DNA from: Alphaproteobacteria bacterium
GTDB taxonomy: Bacteria; Pseudomonadota; Alphaproteobacteria; UBA828
Length of the DNA stretch: 64,000 bases
Direction of reading: 5' to 3'
Assembly (NCBI GenBank): GCA_965214705.1
Contig: CBDCCI010000002.1
Location: forward strand, 640,001-704,000
Shown piece after piece: positions 37,301-47,748 of this stretch. The notes under the pieces are model-generated. The model was given only the letters and a program-made list of their open reading frames with translations, searched no databases and was not told where the DNA came from. Position 1 is the stretch's first letter; the number at the start of each line of letters is the position of its first letter. The position numbers were made by a program, and so were the translations under genes.

Positions 37301-40300
37301 CGCGCAGGCGGCCAACCGGGCGCCGGTGGTGGACGAGGGGTCGCGGCATTACGCGTCCTTCACCGCGTCGGGCAACGCGCCGCGGGGCGTGCTGGTGACC
37401 AAGGACTTCGAGGGCATCTTCAGCGACCCGGACGGCGATGAGCTGACCTACACCGTGGCGCTCTCCGACTCGGGCCAGGCGGCGCTGGTGGAGACGCTCC
37501 ACGTCCTCACGGCCGAGGAGCTGGCGTCAAGCCCGCATCCGGACGTGGTCGCGCACCTGGTGTGGTTCCGCGCCGACACGGAGGCCGACTGGGACGCCAT
37601 GACCCCGGCGGTGCCGGACCCGGTCGAGATTCGGGCGACGGTGACGGCGACCGACCCCGACGGCCTCTCGGCCTCGGTGGAAGGCGTGTTCCAGACGCAT
37701 TGGGGGCCGCCCAGGGTCAAATCCGTGGCGGTGGCCTCGAACGCAGGCGACGACGACACCTACGCGCTCGACGACACCATCCGGATAGCGGTGACGTTCG
37801 ACGATCCGGTGGCGGTGGACACGTCCGGCGGCACGCCGCGCCTTGCCATCGACATGGACCCGGCGGACTGGGGCGCGAAGTGGGCGTCCTATGCGAGCGG
37901 CAGCGGCACCCGCGAGCTCGTGTTCGCCCACGAGGTGGTGGAGCCGAACTACTCGGCGCAGGGCATCGCGGTGCTCGCGGACTCGCTGGAGCTGAACGGC
38001 GGCGGGATCCACCTGGCCTCGGCACACCTGCGTTCGGTGACGGACGGGACGGCCGCGGCGCTCGGGCATGCGGGGCTCGGGCACGACCCGAAGCACAAGG
38101 TGGACTGGGGGCTCGCGCCGGAGCCGGAGCCGGCGCCGCCGGCGGCCGCGCCGGAAGCGACCGGCGTCGCGGTGGTCTCGGACGCAGGGAGCGACGACAC
38201 CTACGGGATGGGCGACGTGATCCGCGTGGCGGTGACGTTCGACGCGGCCGTCACGGTCACGGGCACGCCGGGAATCAGCATCGACATGGACCCGGCGGCG
38301 TGGGGCGAGAAGCGGGCGGCCTACGAGAGCGGCTCGGGGACGGCGACGCTCACCTTCGCCCACACGGTGGTGGAGCCCAACTACTCGACGCAGGGGATCG
38401 CGGTGGTGGCGGACTCGCTGGCGCTCGACGGCGGGACGATCCGCACGGCCTCGGGCGCGGACGCGGCGCTCGCCCATGCGGGCCTCGGGCACGATGCCAG
38501 TCACAAGGTGGACTGGCGGCCCGAGCTCTCGGTGGCGGACGCGGAGGCCAACGAGGGCGCGGACGCGACGGTGGATTTCCAGGTCAGCCTGAGCCGGGCC
38601 TTCGCCAACGCCGAGCACTCGGTGACGGTGGACTACGCGACGGCGGACGGCACGGCGACGGCGGGCGAGGACTATACGGCCACGTCCGGCACGCTCACCT
38701 TCGCGGCGGGCGAGACGGAGAAGACGGTCTCGGTGCCGGTCCTGGACGACGCCCTCGACGAGGGCGAGGAGACGCTCACGCTGAGATTGTCGAACGCGCA
38801 GGGCGCGCGGATCGGCGACGGCGAGGCGACGGGGACGATCAAGAACTCGGACCCGCTGCAGAAGATGTGGCTGTCGCGCTTCGGGCGCACGGTGGCGGAC
38901 CATGTGACGGGGGCGGTTGCCGACCGTCTCTCGAACCCGCTCACGGGCGCGCAGGTGACGGTGGGCGGGCAGACCGTGAACCTCGCGGAGGTCGGCGACG
39001 AGGCGCGGCTGGGCGAGACGCTGACCGCGCTCGCGCGGGCGTTCGGCGCCCCGTCGGATGCGGGGCAGGCTGAAGGATCGGGTCCGGGCCATGCCGGGTC
39101 AGCCCCCGGACCAGGGTCCGGGGCAGGCTCCTGGCCGGGCGCGGGTCTGGGCCTGGGTGACACCCCGACGCTCGACGGCACGACCACGCGCAAGATCGCG
39201 GGCCGCGAGCTGCTGCTCGGCAGCGCGTTCCACCTCGCCAGGGAGGGCGACGGCGGCCGACCGGGCCTTGCGGCCTGGGGCCGGGTGACGGTGGGCGGCT
39301 TCGACGGCGAGGCGCCGGCCGATGACGGCAACGTCCGCATCGACGGCAACGTGACCACCGGCATCCTCGGCGCGGACGCCGAGTGGGGGCGCATGCTGGC
39401 CGGCGTCGCGGTGTCGGTGAGCGAGGGCGAGGGCACGTTCGACCAGCCGGGCGTGGATACGGGCACGGTCGAGAGCACGATGACCACGGTGAGTCCCTAT
39501 GCGCGGGTGAGCCTGAGCGAGCGGGTCTCGGTCTGGGGCCTTGCGGGCTACGGCACCGGCGACATGACGATCGTGCAGAAGGCCAACGAGGCGACCGGCC
39601 AGCCCGAGCGGATCACCCGCACCGATCTCTCGATGCGCCTCGCGGCGCTGGGCGGCCGGGGCGCGCTGCTGACGGCGGACGCGAACGGCGGCTTCGAGCT
39701 GGCGCTGAAGGCGGACGGGTTCTTCGTCGAGACGACGTCGGAGGCGGTCTCGAACGAGGGCGACACCAGCGCCGATGCGAGCCGGGTGCGGCTTGCGCTG
39801 GAAGGCAGCCGCGCGTTCGAGATGGGCGGCGGCGTGCTGACGCCGGGCCTGGAGCTGGGTCTGCGCCATGACGGCGGGGACGCCGAGACCGGCACGGGCG
39901 TCGAGCTCGGCGGGCGGGTGTCGTACGCGGATCCGGAGACGGGCCTGAGCGTGGAGACGAGCGTCCGGGCTCTCATCGCGCACGAGGACTCGAACTACCG
40001 CGAGTGGGGCGCGTCGGGCGCGGTGCGCCTGGCTCCCGGCGAGCGGGGTCGCGGCCTGTCGTTCAGTCTCGCGCCCACCTACGGGGCGCCGGGGAGCGGC
40101 GTGGACCGTCTGTGGTCGGCGCGGGACGCGCGGGGGCTGGCGCCGAACGGCGCCGGCGACTTCCAGCCGGAGAGCCGGCTCGAGGGCGAGCTCGGCTACG
40201 GGCTGCCCCTGCTGGGCGACCGCTTCACCGGCACGCCCAATGTCGGCATCGGGCTCTTGGGCACCGGCGCGCGCGACTACCGCATCGGCTGGCGCCTGAC

Positions 40301-40430
40301 CTCGGCAATGCGGAACGATCCCGGGTTCGAGGTCAATCTCGACGCCATGCGCAGGGAGGCGGCGAACGGCAACGGCGCCGGCGTTGCGCCGGAGCACGGG
40401 GTGATGCTGCGCGCCACCATGCGCTGGTAG
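34395..40430 (+). CDS. Giant surface adhesin / autotransporter-like protein (2011 aa)
   Basis: Signal peptide AQA; three LVSNTGQ..FTTG..GY.L repeats; SwmB-like AFTVTVNG modules; two Ig-like DTY..D.IR.AVTFD repeats; Calx-beta (VDYATADGTATAGEDY); C-terminal beta-barrel ending in W. Confidence 0.85.
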   Translation: MMAMRTITADLGALRSPALLRAAFAAAALVLLALGAGAAQAQSPVKLVGNTGQTVSGDHTVGKPSGLHEIWALAQVFTTGPNAGGYTLSSVDVRLGSVPAGVSPRVSIHSAPFGGGGVRLHELTNPASIRANAVNTFTAASGATLDANTTYAVVLETRRAGARYTVKGTASSAQDSGAAGGWSIADTHRQNDRLSYTVGWAPADQALMIAINGSPGTRPPTPPPPPPVSSAVTVSNLGQTTGSTFSFSFDLASSFTTGSESSGYLLTRLDIHMNNVTGTPGYSVSIWSDSSDFPGSSVGTLTKPASLSAGLNSFTASGNGIKLNPGTKYWVVFDAQTAGITSRSLTSSNGEDSGAAAGWSIGDSSRGRSTAQSTWGATPSTQHLRFAVHAKVAPLVVSNAPFTVTAGPQDVYIHLTKDISTGSTGSHPMSGNRCPASQAFTLKVNGVASGSWATRGVTGGPTGGNGLDGWRAKCTARQIHLELWNGPGYYEIPAGSTVTLSYDPNLVWTGPERGRIFYTDGTVMPAFTDKAVQNNTPHLKWASVNGTDLLAYFGYSLATWSVPAPSAFTVTVNGTRRNVVAGGISFFGNHNGGVKLVLESAVEYGDTVTFAYDAPSANPLRGTRGNPVVPDLTVRNVRNDTPAPVAPPPPTTTGLVSNTGQADGGGTGLSLIWNYSQGFTTGSNAAGYKLTQVRTALDNTTNGQSSAAVSVSIRSDSSGSPGSSLGALTKPANLSGRGTYDTYTATGDGIDLAANTKYYVQVESQSGALIGRWRQTQSTDEDSGAAAGWSIADQLHFRVSSANQWSPISVLLKLAIQGYAKSGGAGGASGNSGPSPTSSQVSGTQLKMTFDATLSQGLAPPGGSFKVTVGPGPQGGARGIGGAGANGGGFGGGFGTGAQATSGGRTTDIPGTGTVTVDGADVTVTLARAVPPGSTVTVAYTPPDEDENALRDLEGAKVEEFSGAPVAHGAQAANRAPVVDEGSRHYASFTASGNAPRGVLVTKDFEGIFSDPDGDELTYTVALSDSGQAALVETLHVLTAEELASSPHPDVVAHLVWFRADTEADWDAMTPAVPDPVEIRATVTATDPDGLSASVEGVFQTHWGPPRVKSVAVASNAGDDDTYALDDTIRIAVTFDDPVAVDTSGGTPRLAIDMDPADWGAKWASYASGSGTRELVFAHEVVEPNYSAQGIAVLADSLELNGGGIHLASAHLRSVTDGTAAALGHAGLGHDPKHKVDWGLAPEPEPAPPAAAPEATGVAVVSDAGSDDTYGMGDVIRVAVTFDAAVTVTGTPGISIDMDPAAWGEKRAAYESGSGTATLTFAHTVVEPNYSTQGIAVVADSLALDGGTIRTASGADAALAHAGLGHDASHKVDWRPELSVADAEANEGADATVDFQVSLSRAFANAEHSVTVDYATADGTATAGEDYTATSGTLTFAAGETEKTVSVPVLDDALDEGEETLTLRLSNAQGARIGDGEATGTIKNSDPLQKMWLSRFGRTVADHVTGAVADRLSNPLTGAQVTVGGQTVNLAEVGDEARLGETLTALARAFGAPSDAGQAEGSGPGHAGSAPGPGSGAGSWPGAGLGLGDTPTLDGTTTRKIAGRELLLGSAFHLAREGDGGRPGLAAWGRVTVGGFDGEAPADDGNVRIDGNVTTGILGADAEWGRMLAGVAVSVSEGEGTFDQPGVDTGTVESTMTTVSPYARVSLSERVSVWGLAGYGTGDMTIVQKANEATGQPERITRTDLSMRLAALGGRGALLTADANGGFELALKADGFFVETTSEAVSNEGDTSADASRVRLALEGSRAFEMGGGVLTPGLELGLRHDGGDAETGTGVELGGRVSYADPETGLSVETSVRALIAHEDSNYREWGASGAVRLAPGERGRGLSFSLAPTYGAPGSGVDRLWSARDARGLAPNGAGDFQPESRLEGELGYGLPLLGDRFTGTPNVGIGLLGTGARDYRIGWRLTSAMRNDPGFEVNLDAMRREAANGNGAGVAPEHGVMLRATMRW

Positions 40431-40718
40431 CCGCCGGGCGGCTGCCGGGACGACGAGCCGATGCGGGGCCGCGGACCGGGGCGCGGCCCACGGCGCCCGG
40501 GCGCCGGCCTGCGTGTGTCGCGACCCCGGCCGTTGCGAAGCGGCGCATGGCGCGCCGCGCAGGGCGAATCCCCGATCATCTTCCAGAAGAACGTGCCGGC
40601 GTGGGGCAGACCTCCCCGGCCGGGCCTGCACTCCGCGCGCGCCGCGTCCCGAGTCCTCCATTGGAGGGCGGCGCGTGCGGAGCGCCATTCACTCGGGACG
40701 GGCAAGGAGGAGTGTTCC

Positions 40719-41440
40719 ATGAGCAGCACCGAAGCGGCGAGAGCCTGGAAATACCTGCGGCGCAACCCGGCCTATGTCGAGGCCCGGGGAACGGCGGCGG
40801 AGACCGCGGCGGAGGAGCCGGCGCCGTTCCCGCTGCGGGCGCAGACGGCGGCCGACCGCGAGGCGGCCGCGTGGGGCCTGCTGGCATGGGAGGACCCGCT
40901 CGGCGGGGCGGGGCCGGCATCGCCGTTCTGGAGCGACGCGCCGATGCTGGAGGCGGCGCCGTCGCCGGAGGCGCCCGCGCTCGCGGAGATGCTGGGCGCG
41001 CCGGGGGTGCGGCTGTCGGGGCTGCGCCTCGAGGACGGAACCGCGATCGTCAAGGTCGAGGACGGCGAGGGTACGGTGCAGATCCGGATCGCCGACGGTG
41101 CCGGGTTCGATCCGGCGGGCGGGATCGACCTTCGATTGCCGACGGTGCTGGATCTGCGGATGCGGCTGCACCGGGCTGCCGAGCTGTGGCCCGTCGGCGT
41201 CGTCGAGACCAAAAAAGACGCGGCCCGCGGATCCCGGACGTGGAGCTGCTGACGGCGCTCGACGGCAGGCTCGGCGGCAAGAGCCTGCGCCGGATCGCCG
41301 TCGACCTCTACGGCGAGGCGAGGGTGGCCGAGGAATGGCGGTCCGACAGCTCCATGCGCGGCCGCGTGCGCTGGCGTGTCAAGCAGGCGCTCAAGCTCAT
41401 GAACGGCGGTTATCGGACCTTGGTGAGCGGCGACTCATGA
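40719..41440 (+). CDS. FseA-like DUF6499/DUF2285 transcriptional activator, split by a -1 frameshift near 41211-41217
   Basis: AWKYLRRNPAY (DUF6499-like), WGL..EDP..FW; -1 frame gives LTALDGRLGGKSLRRIAVDLYG...ALKLMNGGYRTL (DUF2285-like). Confidence 0.75.
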
Positions 41441-41446
41441 TGCACC

Positions 41447-41825
41447 CTACATTCGCATGCTTCTGACCTGATACCGCCCCTTGCGCCTCCGGCGTGGGGC
41501 GGCCTCGCGGGCCTCCCTCCGCTCGATCTGGCGCCTGTGCAGCTCTCGCAGCTTCTCCGGGTCGTCGAGCAGGGCGGCGATGCGCTCCTCCCTCCGGCGC
41601 GGGTCGTCACCCTTGCGCTCGGGCACCAGGGCCTCCGCCATCTGGCGATCGTCATCGGCCAGCACCTTGCGCGCCCCCGTCGCAGCGGATCGGAGGCCGA
41701 GGAGCGTCAGGCCCCGGAGGTGGACGCCGTAGCGCATCCGGTCTGCCAGCACGAGTTCTGCGGCCTCCACCGCCCTCTCGGTGTCCCGCCGCCACGCCGC
41801 CTCGACGGCCTGCTCGTGCGCGGGC
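41447..41825 (-). pseudogene. Remnant 3' end of a TraA relaxase paralogue
   Basis: Highly similar to 60171-60520 (…RKGRYQVRSMRM*) plus a 36-nt extra segment. Confidence 0.9.
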
Positions 41826-41854
41826 CGTACGTCCTCGTATGTCTTCGCTCGGGA

Positions 41855-42035
41855 GACCTGGCGTCATAGCTTCGCCAGTGGCGGTCTGCTGGTGGGCGAA
41901 GGTCTGCCCATGATCGGCAAGCTGTTGGGCCACACGCAGGTCCAGACCACCGCCCGCTACGACCACCTCGCCAACGATCCCGTCAAGTCGGCCGCGAACC
42001 GCATCGCCAACCGGATCGCAGAAGTGGCGGGATGA
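41855..42035 (+). pseudogene. Tyrosine integrase C-terminal remnant
   Basis: (DL)RHSFAS...IGKLLGHTQVQTTARYDHL. Confidence 0.85.
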
Positions 42036-42220
42036 AGCTGGAAGGGAGAAGTGACCCCACGACAGGCCGCTACGATGTACTGAATGCCCAGCCGGGCAAG
42101 GACTGCCAAGCCTGGGCCACGTTATCGCCGACGCGTCGGTATACCGGTACACGTCGCTTTCCAGGGGAACCTTGCGGCTCCGGCTTTCCTTGTGGTAACA
42201 TTGAGGTTACCTAGACAGTA

Positions 42221-42550
42221 ATGATCGTCATTCGAGAATACATCGATCTCGACGGCCGCAGTCCCTATGCGAGATGGTTCAACCGGCTCAATGCCCAGGC
42301 AGCGGCCAAGGTGGCGACGGCCCTGGTCAGGCTGGAGCAGGGGAACCTCTCCGGCGTCAAGGGAGTTGGCGCCGGTGTCTTCGAGCACAGGATAGACTAC
42401 GGTCCCGGCTATCGGATCTATTTCGGCAAGGATGGCGCTGCGCTGGTCATCCTCCTGGGCGGCGGAACGAAGAGGCGGCAGCGGCAGGATGTCGAGGCCG
42501 CACGGGGCCGCTGGCGGGACTACAAGCGGCGCAAGAGGCAAGAAGGCTGA
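42221..42550 (+). CDS. RelE/ParE-family addiction module toxin (HI1419-like)
   Basis: SPYARWF, GNLSGVKGVGAGVFEHRIDYGPGYRIYF, LLGGGTK. Confidence 0.9.
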   Translation: MIVIREYIDLDGRSPYARWFNRLNAQAAAKVATALVRLEQGNLSGVKGVGAGVFEHRIDYGPGYRIYFGKDGAALVILLGGGTKRRQRQDVEAARGRWRDYKRRKRQEG

Positions 42551-42555
42551 GAACC

Positions 42556-42873
42556 ATGCCCCTGACGCGGGACTTCAAGGAAACGATCCAGGCGCGCATC
42601 GAGCGCGATCCGGCCTTCCGTGAGGAGCTGTTCAAGGAGGGAGTCGAGTGCTTGCTGTCGGGCGATGTGGACACCGGCAAGGCGGTCCTGCGCGACTACA
42701 TCAACGCCACGATCGGGTTTCAGGAGCTGGGCGGATTGACCGAGAAGTCGCCCAAGAGCTTGATGCGCATGTTCGGCCCCAACGGTAATCCGCAGGCGAG
42801 GAACCTGTTCGAGGTCATCGGCCGCCTTCAGGAACGCGAAGGACTTCACCTCAAAGTGCAAGCGGTTCGTTAG
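42556..42873 (+). CDS. HTH antitoxin
   Basis: MPLTRDFKETI...PKSLMRMFGPNGNP; directly downstream of toxin. Confidence 0.85.
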   Translation: MPLTRDFKETIQARIERDPAFREELFKEGVECLLSGDVDTGKAVLRDYINATIGFQELGGLTEKSPKSLMRMFGPNGNPQARNLFEVIGRLQEREGLHLKVQAVR

Positions 42874-43018
42874 GGTCTTCGAGATATCACACAAAGGCTA
42901 GAGACGTTATCTCTACGGACGCAATAGTATCTCCTTAAAGAAAGAAACCATCATGACTCACTTCTGTTTTAGGCACTGCTGTAAGAGAATTTGAAGACTG
43001 AATTGCGAGAACATCCCA

Positions 43019-43879
43019 ATGCCCGACACAACATCAGTCGTTATGAGAAAATTCGCCTTCCAGCATCCCAAGTCAGCGAAATTGGAATATCGAGGAAATT
43101 CCGAATTTCTGGCTATCGACTGTCCATCTACGCTCGCAGCATTTTACGCATTTTGCAATGGACAATCTGCGGACTGGCGAATCTTCCTACGAGGATGCAC
43201 GGAAAACCATGCGACGGCGTACCCTTCACTCTTTCGACGGCTCCCGGTTGACGATTCTGTGTGCGAGCGGACGAGGCGTTGGCAGGCATACAAAGATGTT
43301 CTCCTCAATCTCCAAAACCTTGAAGGACGACGGTGGCGTCGAAAGGACTTGGGCGCGGTTCTCCAACACTATGGTGTCAAGACGCCCTGGCTCGATGTCG
43401 TACGAAATCTCTACTCCGCGATTTGGTTCGCTACACACGAATTGCGGGGAAGCGGGCTTGCCGGCGAAGTGAAGCCAACCGCAAAGGACTACTGTTGGAT
43501 ATCTTTCTTCCGTCGAAGAGCCCAGGCAACAGGGAGGCAGTTGCGAGTGAAGGATATTTCCGCTCATCACTCTTCGGCACATCTCAGGCCGCATGCCCAA
43601 CACGGCAGCTCTCTAGCAATGCAGAAGGACGACGTTGAGACACCCCACCCCTGTCAAGATTTCAGCGCGTTCCGGATCGCGCAAATTCGCATACCTAATG
43701 GCACAGAATGGAAACTTTCGGGCTTCATGGCTTCGACTCCGTTCATGTTCCCGTCGCGTGACTTGGATGATTCACTACAGCGCCTCAGTATTCCTGTAGT
43801 TCAGGAGATATTGGATGGAGCCTGTTCAAAGTTCAGTATCCGCCCCGGAACCCTCGGAAAGATCTCCAGTTATCGCTGA
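43019..43879 (+). CDS. FRG domain protein
   Basis: FLRG, PSLFR, LQHYGVKTPWLDV...AIWFA, RPHAQHG. Confidence 0.85.
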   Translation: MPDTTSVVMRKFAFQHPKSAKLEYRGNSEFLAIDCPSTLAAFYAFCNGQSADWRIFLRGCTENHATAYPSLFRRLPVDDSVCERTRRWQAYKDVLLNLQNLEGRRWRRKDLGAVLQHYGVKTPWLDVVRNLYSAIWFATHELRGSGLAGEVKPTAKDYCWISFFRRRAQATGRQLRVKDISAHHSSAHLRPHAQHGSSLAMQKDDVETPHPCQDFSAFRIAQIRIPNGTEWKLSGFMASTPFMFPSRDLDDSLQRLSIPVVQEILDGACSKFSIRPGTLGKISSYR

Positions 43880-46800
43880 CCACTATCCGTTTGTAGCACG
43901 CAGGTCCAAGTTCTTTCTTTCAATTCTCATCTAAGTTAAGCAGCGTCACTTGGCGTGCCCGCTCAGGAAATACTCCGGCAGTTTCGTCCCCCACTCGCTC
44001 ATCAATATGAGGGCGCAGTGAACGGTCTCTCCGGTGTTCTTGACGAGCTCAAGTTCACCGGCTGGCGCGCAGTCGTCCCATGCGAAGTTGTCAGATAGGA
44101 ATGACAGCATTTTGCGCTTATAGGCAGTGTCGAGATTGTCGAGCTGATCGCCCTTGGTCTCGAGAACGACAATACGACTGGTGCTCCCGTCCGTCTGCAT
44201 CGCGAAGATGAAGTCGGGATAGATCTTGTGTCTCTTCCAGCCCTGGATTCCATACTGCGTGCGTGCGACGTTACGGTGCCACCACGTCAGCGCTTTCTCG
44301 CCGTCGAGATGGACGGCCACGTCTCGCTCGTCGCGGTTTAGATCGTTCTCGTAGACCGGCGCGAACAAGCTCTTTTGCAATGGGCCACCCGTTCTGCCTA
44401 CAAGTTGGCGTGCGTTGGCCGGCTCCGTGGTGTCCATATGGAACGGCATTCGCCAATTCCGGCCATCGAGACGCAAGCGGAACTGAATGCGCTCCGCGGC
44501 AACTTCATTCCTGAAGATGGCCTCCGCCAGACGGTCGCGCTCAGCGTCCAACTCCTTGCGCATCTCTTCGACGATTAGGCTTGCGAGTATCCCCAGCTTT
44601 CGGTCGTCGAAGCTTCGTTCATGCAGCGCGGTCAGCAAGCGGCCGACAATCTCGCGCCCTACAAAGGGGTTGGGAACGATATCCAGAATCATGCGTGCCG
44701 CGTAGGCAGGATCGAAAACGAGGACTTCGTTGCTCCCGGCGACTGTCTCGCCCACGAAGGCGTCGTCCCCGCCTTCTGCGAGCCTTATGCGTTGCAGTTG
44801 GCTCTCTGCCGCCTGCGCGTCTTCGGGAATGCGGGCCGCAATGTCCTTCGGGTCGAAGCTCCGCCAATCGATACGGGAGAGAACATCGGTTTCGTAGTCG
44901 AGTTCACGCGCTTCGCCATCGTCCGCGATCATCACCTTCGGTAGGTAAATTTCCGTCGACTTGAAGGCGGGACGCCGATCGATCTTGCGGCTCCCATTAT
45001 CGTCTCCGCCCGTGTCTTCCTGGGACACCTCCAAGATCAAATCGCTGAGGCCGTCCTGCTCGAGTCCCTTCTTGATAGCCCCCACGACGGCACGCGTCTC
45101 AGCGTGATGAGTGATGATGTGGCATTCGTCGAGAGCATCGACGTGAGTCTTCATCGCCCCTGGCTGACGAAGAATGCGACCGACGAGCTGAGTCAATGCG
45201 TGCTGGTTAGTGCTCGCTGCGAGCGCGCAAAGCACGTAGGCGAAGGGGCAGTCCCAACCTTCCTGAAGTGCTTGCTTCGCTATGATCGCCCGCACCCGGT
45301 TCATCGGCGACAGAAGATTCTGGTTCTCCGGCTGACGGAGGTCGTTGCGCTCGGCCGTCTTGATCGCGATTTCAGCCTCGTCGAACCCGGCGGTCAGAAG
45401 CCAGTCCCTCACGTCATCGGCGTGGATATGGCCGCTGTCTCGCTGCTCCTTCCCTGTGCGTTCAACCTGGATCAGCATGATCGGTCGGATGTAGCGATTG
45501 CTATCGGCGCGAAGCTCTTGAGCTGCGGCGCCTAGCGCGTCCAATTTGACGACGGCGGTGTTGAGCGTCGCGCGCCAATCAGTGCCTTGCCGGGGGTCAA
45601 GGTTGAGGGGCATCTTGATCATGCCCTCCAGGTCCAGCTCCCGGCCCGTCACCTCGACCAGTAGATTGGCATAGCGGCCAGGCCTCGGGCTCCTGCCGCC
45701 TCGCGGTTGCACATCCTTCGGGGTCGCCGTCAGCTCCAACACGAAGCACGGGTTGAAGCCGTAGAGCGTATTGAACGCGAGATCGGAGATCGCCCTGTGT
45801 CCTTCATCCAACACAACGATGGGGCGAATGATCCGCAAGGCGTTGCCGAGCGAATCCTTCACCATCGGGAACATGCCGCGATAGGCGTCGAGGTTCGGCG
45901 TCCGGTCCAGCACTTCCTTATGCGCCTGCTGCTCGCCTTCAGGCGGGAAGAAGCCGTGCACATCCCCTCGGTCCTGAAACATCTTCAGCGACTCTTGGGT
46001 CTCCCGGTTCGCCGATTGCAGCATCAGGAGCATGACGCACAAGGTTAAGGGTTGGGCAGGCTCTCTCTCGAGAGCCTGCCCAACCCTTTTGAACGAAGCC
46101 GCGGGCCACGAGAGGCGAAGTTGAGCTATGTGGAAAGTGCGCTGATGTCAGCGTCAGGCGGCATCCACCGGCAGCAGAGTTGCGCATAAAATCGACGCTC
46201 GCGCCGGTCTTTCGGCAGGCATGCGGGCGCACGCTGCGAGGACTGAGCGGGGTGTGAGCCGAGGGCTGTCAGCCCGGCTCAAGCGGAGACAGGTTCGGTC
46301 GTGCGTCGGCGCTTTGGCGCCGTTGCGCGGGGCCGAAGCGAGCGGGCGTCTCACGGTTTCCCCCTGTGGGTCGGCGGCAGCGCCGGCGGGCCGCGCGTCG
46401 AGCGGGGCTCATGGCGGCGGCGGATTTCGCGGACGAGGCGCATGACGCCGCCGCAGTGGGGGCAGGCCACGGGCGCGGTGCCGATCTCGGGCTCTTCGTC
46501 GGGCTCGGCCCGAGCGCCGTCCACGCTTCCCTCGGGGGCGGCGCAGCCGAGGGCGCCGAGAGCCTGGCGTGCTCTCTCCAGCGTGCTGGCGCGGCAGCCG
46601 TTGGCGAGGATGCCGAAGTAGCGAATGCGGTGCATGCCGTCCGGCAGGACGTGCCTCAGGAAGCGGCGGATGAACTCGTCGGCGCTCACGGTGGCGATGC
46701 CGTAGCGCGGCTTTCTCTGCCCCGGCGCCTTGGGCTTTCGGTGGCGGAAGGAGACCGTCTCGCCGTCGAAGGAGACGATGCGGCTGTCGGAGATGGCGAT

Positions 46801-47409
46801 CCTGTGCGTGTAGTGCGAGAGGTACCGGAAGACCTGCTCAGGCCCGCGGAAGGGCCGCTTGGCGTAGACCACCCAGTCCCTGGCCCGGGCGGCGGCAAGC
46901 GTGGCGTGGAACTCGCCGGGATTGGCGAGGTGGGCGAGGGTGCCGTGGAACTCCAGGTCCCCCCGGCCGTGGGCGCGGGCGAGCTCCTCGAGGAAGAGGC
47001 GGCGGAACAGGCTGCCGAGGACCTTGACGGGGGCGAGGAAGGTGGTGCTCCCCGTCTTCCACTCGCCACTGTCTACGTCGAAGCCCGCGTTGGGCACGAC
47101 CACGTGCAGGTGCGGGTGGAAGCGGAGCTTCTGATCCCAGGTATGGAGGACCGCGGTGCCGCCGATGCGCATGCCGCCGTGGCGGGGATCGGCGGCGATG
47201 GTGCGCAGGGTCTCGGCGACGGCCCGGAAGAGGATGTCGAACACCACCCTGCGGTTGCAGAAGGCAATGGCGGCAACCTCCTTGGGCAGGGTGAAGACCA
47301 CATGGAAGTAGGGCACCGGCAGGATGTCCCCGGCGCGCTCCTCGCTCCAGAGGTTGGCGGCGAGACCCTGGCAGGTGGGGCAGTGGCGGTTGCGGCAGGA
47401 GTTCTTATG

Positions 47410-47748
47410 AGCTCTCTCCGCAAGGCCCGGCTTCATCTACGTCAATGGCATTCGCAATCTCTCCACTCGAATCCGCGGCCGATGTCCAGGCAGAACGTCG
47501 TTTCCACGCAGCGATCCGCCACGCTGCTCAGCTCTTATCCGGTTCGGAACTCCGGCGCTTGCCGGCTCCGTGACCCCAATACCGCATCCAAGCGGTGGTG
47601 ACGTTCCGGGAGGCGGGACCCATCTGTAGAACGGTGCCAAGCGGCGACCCAACTCTTGCCCGGTCACACGCCTTGCCCGGCATCCTCCGCGGCCGCGTCC
47701 GACCACGTCGGAACCTCCTGTATTTTCCCGTTCGTTCGGCCGGTGCCC
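47410..47748 (-). ncRNA. Candidate bridge/seek RNA region of IS110
   Basis: About 340-nt non-coding 3' end with four short segments matching target and donor junction. Confidence 0.5.
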
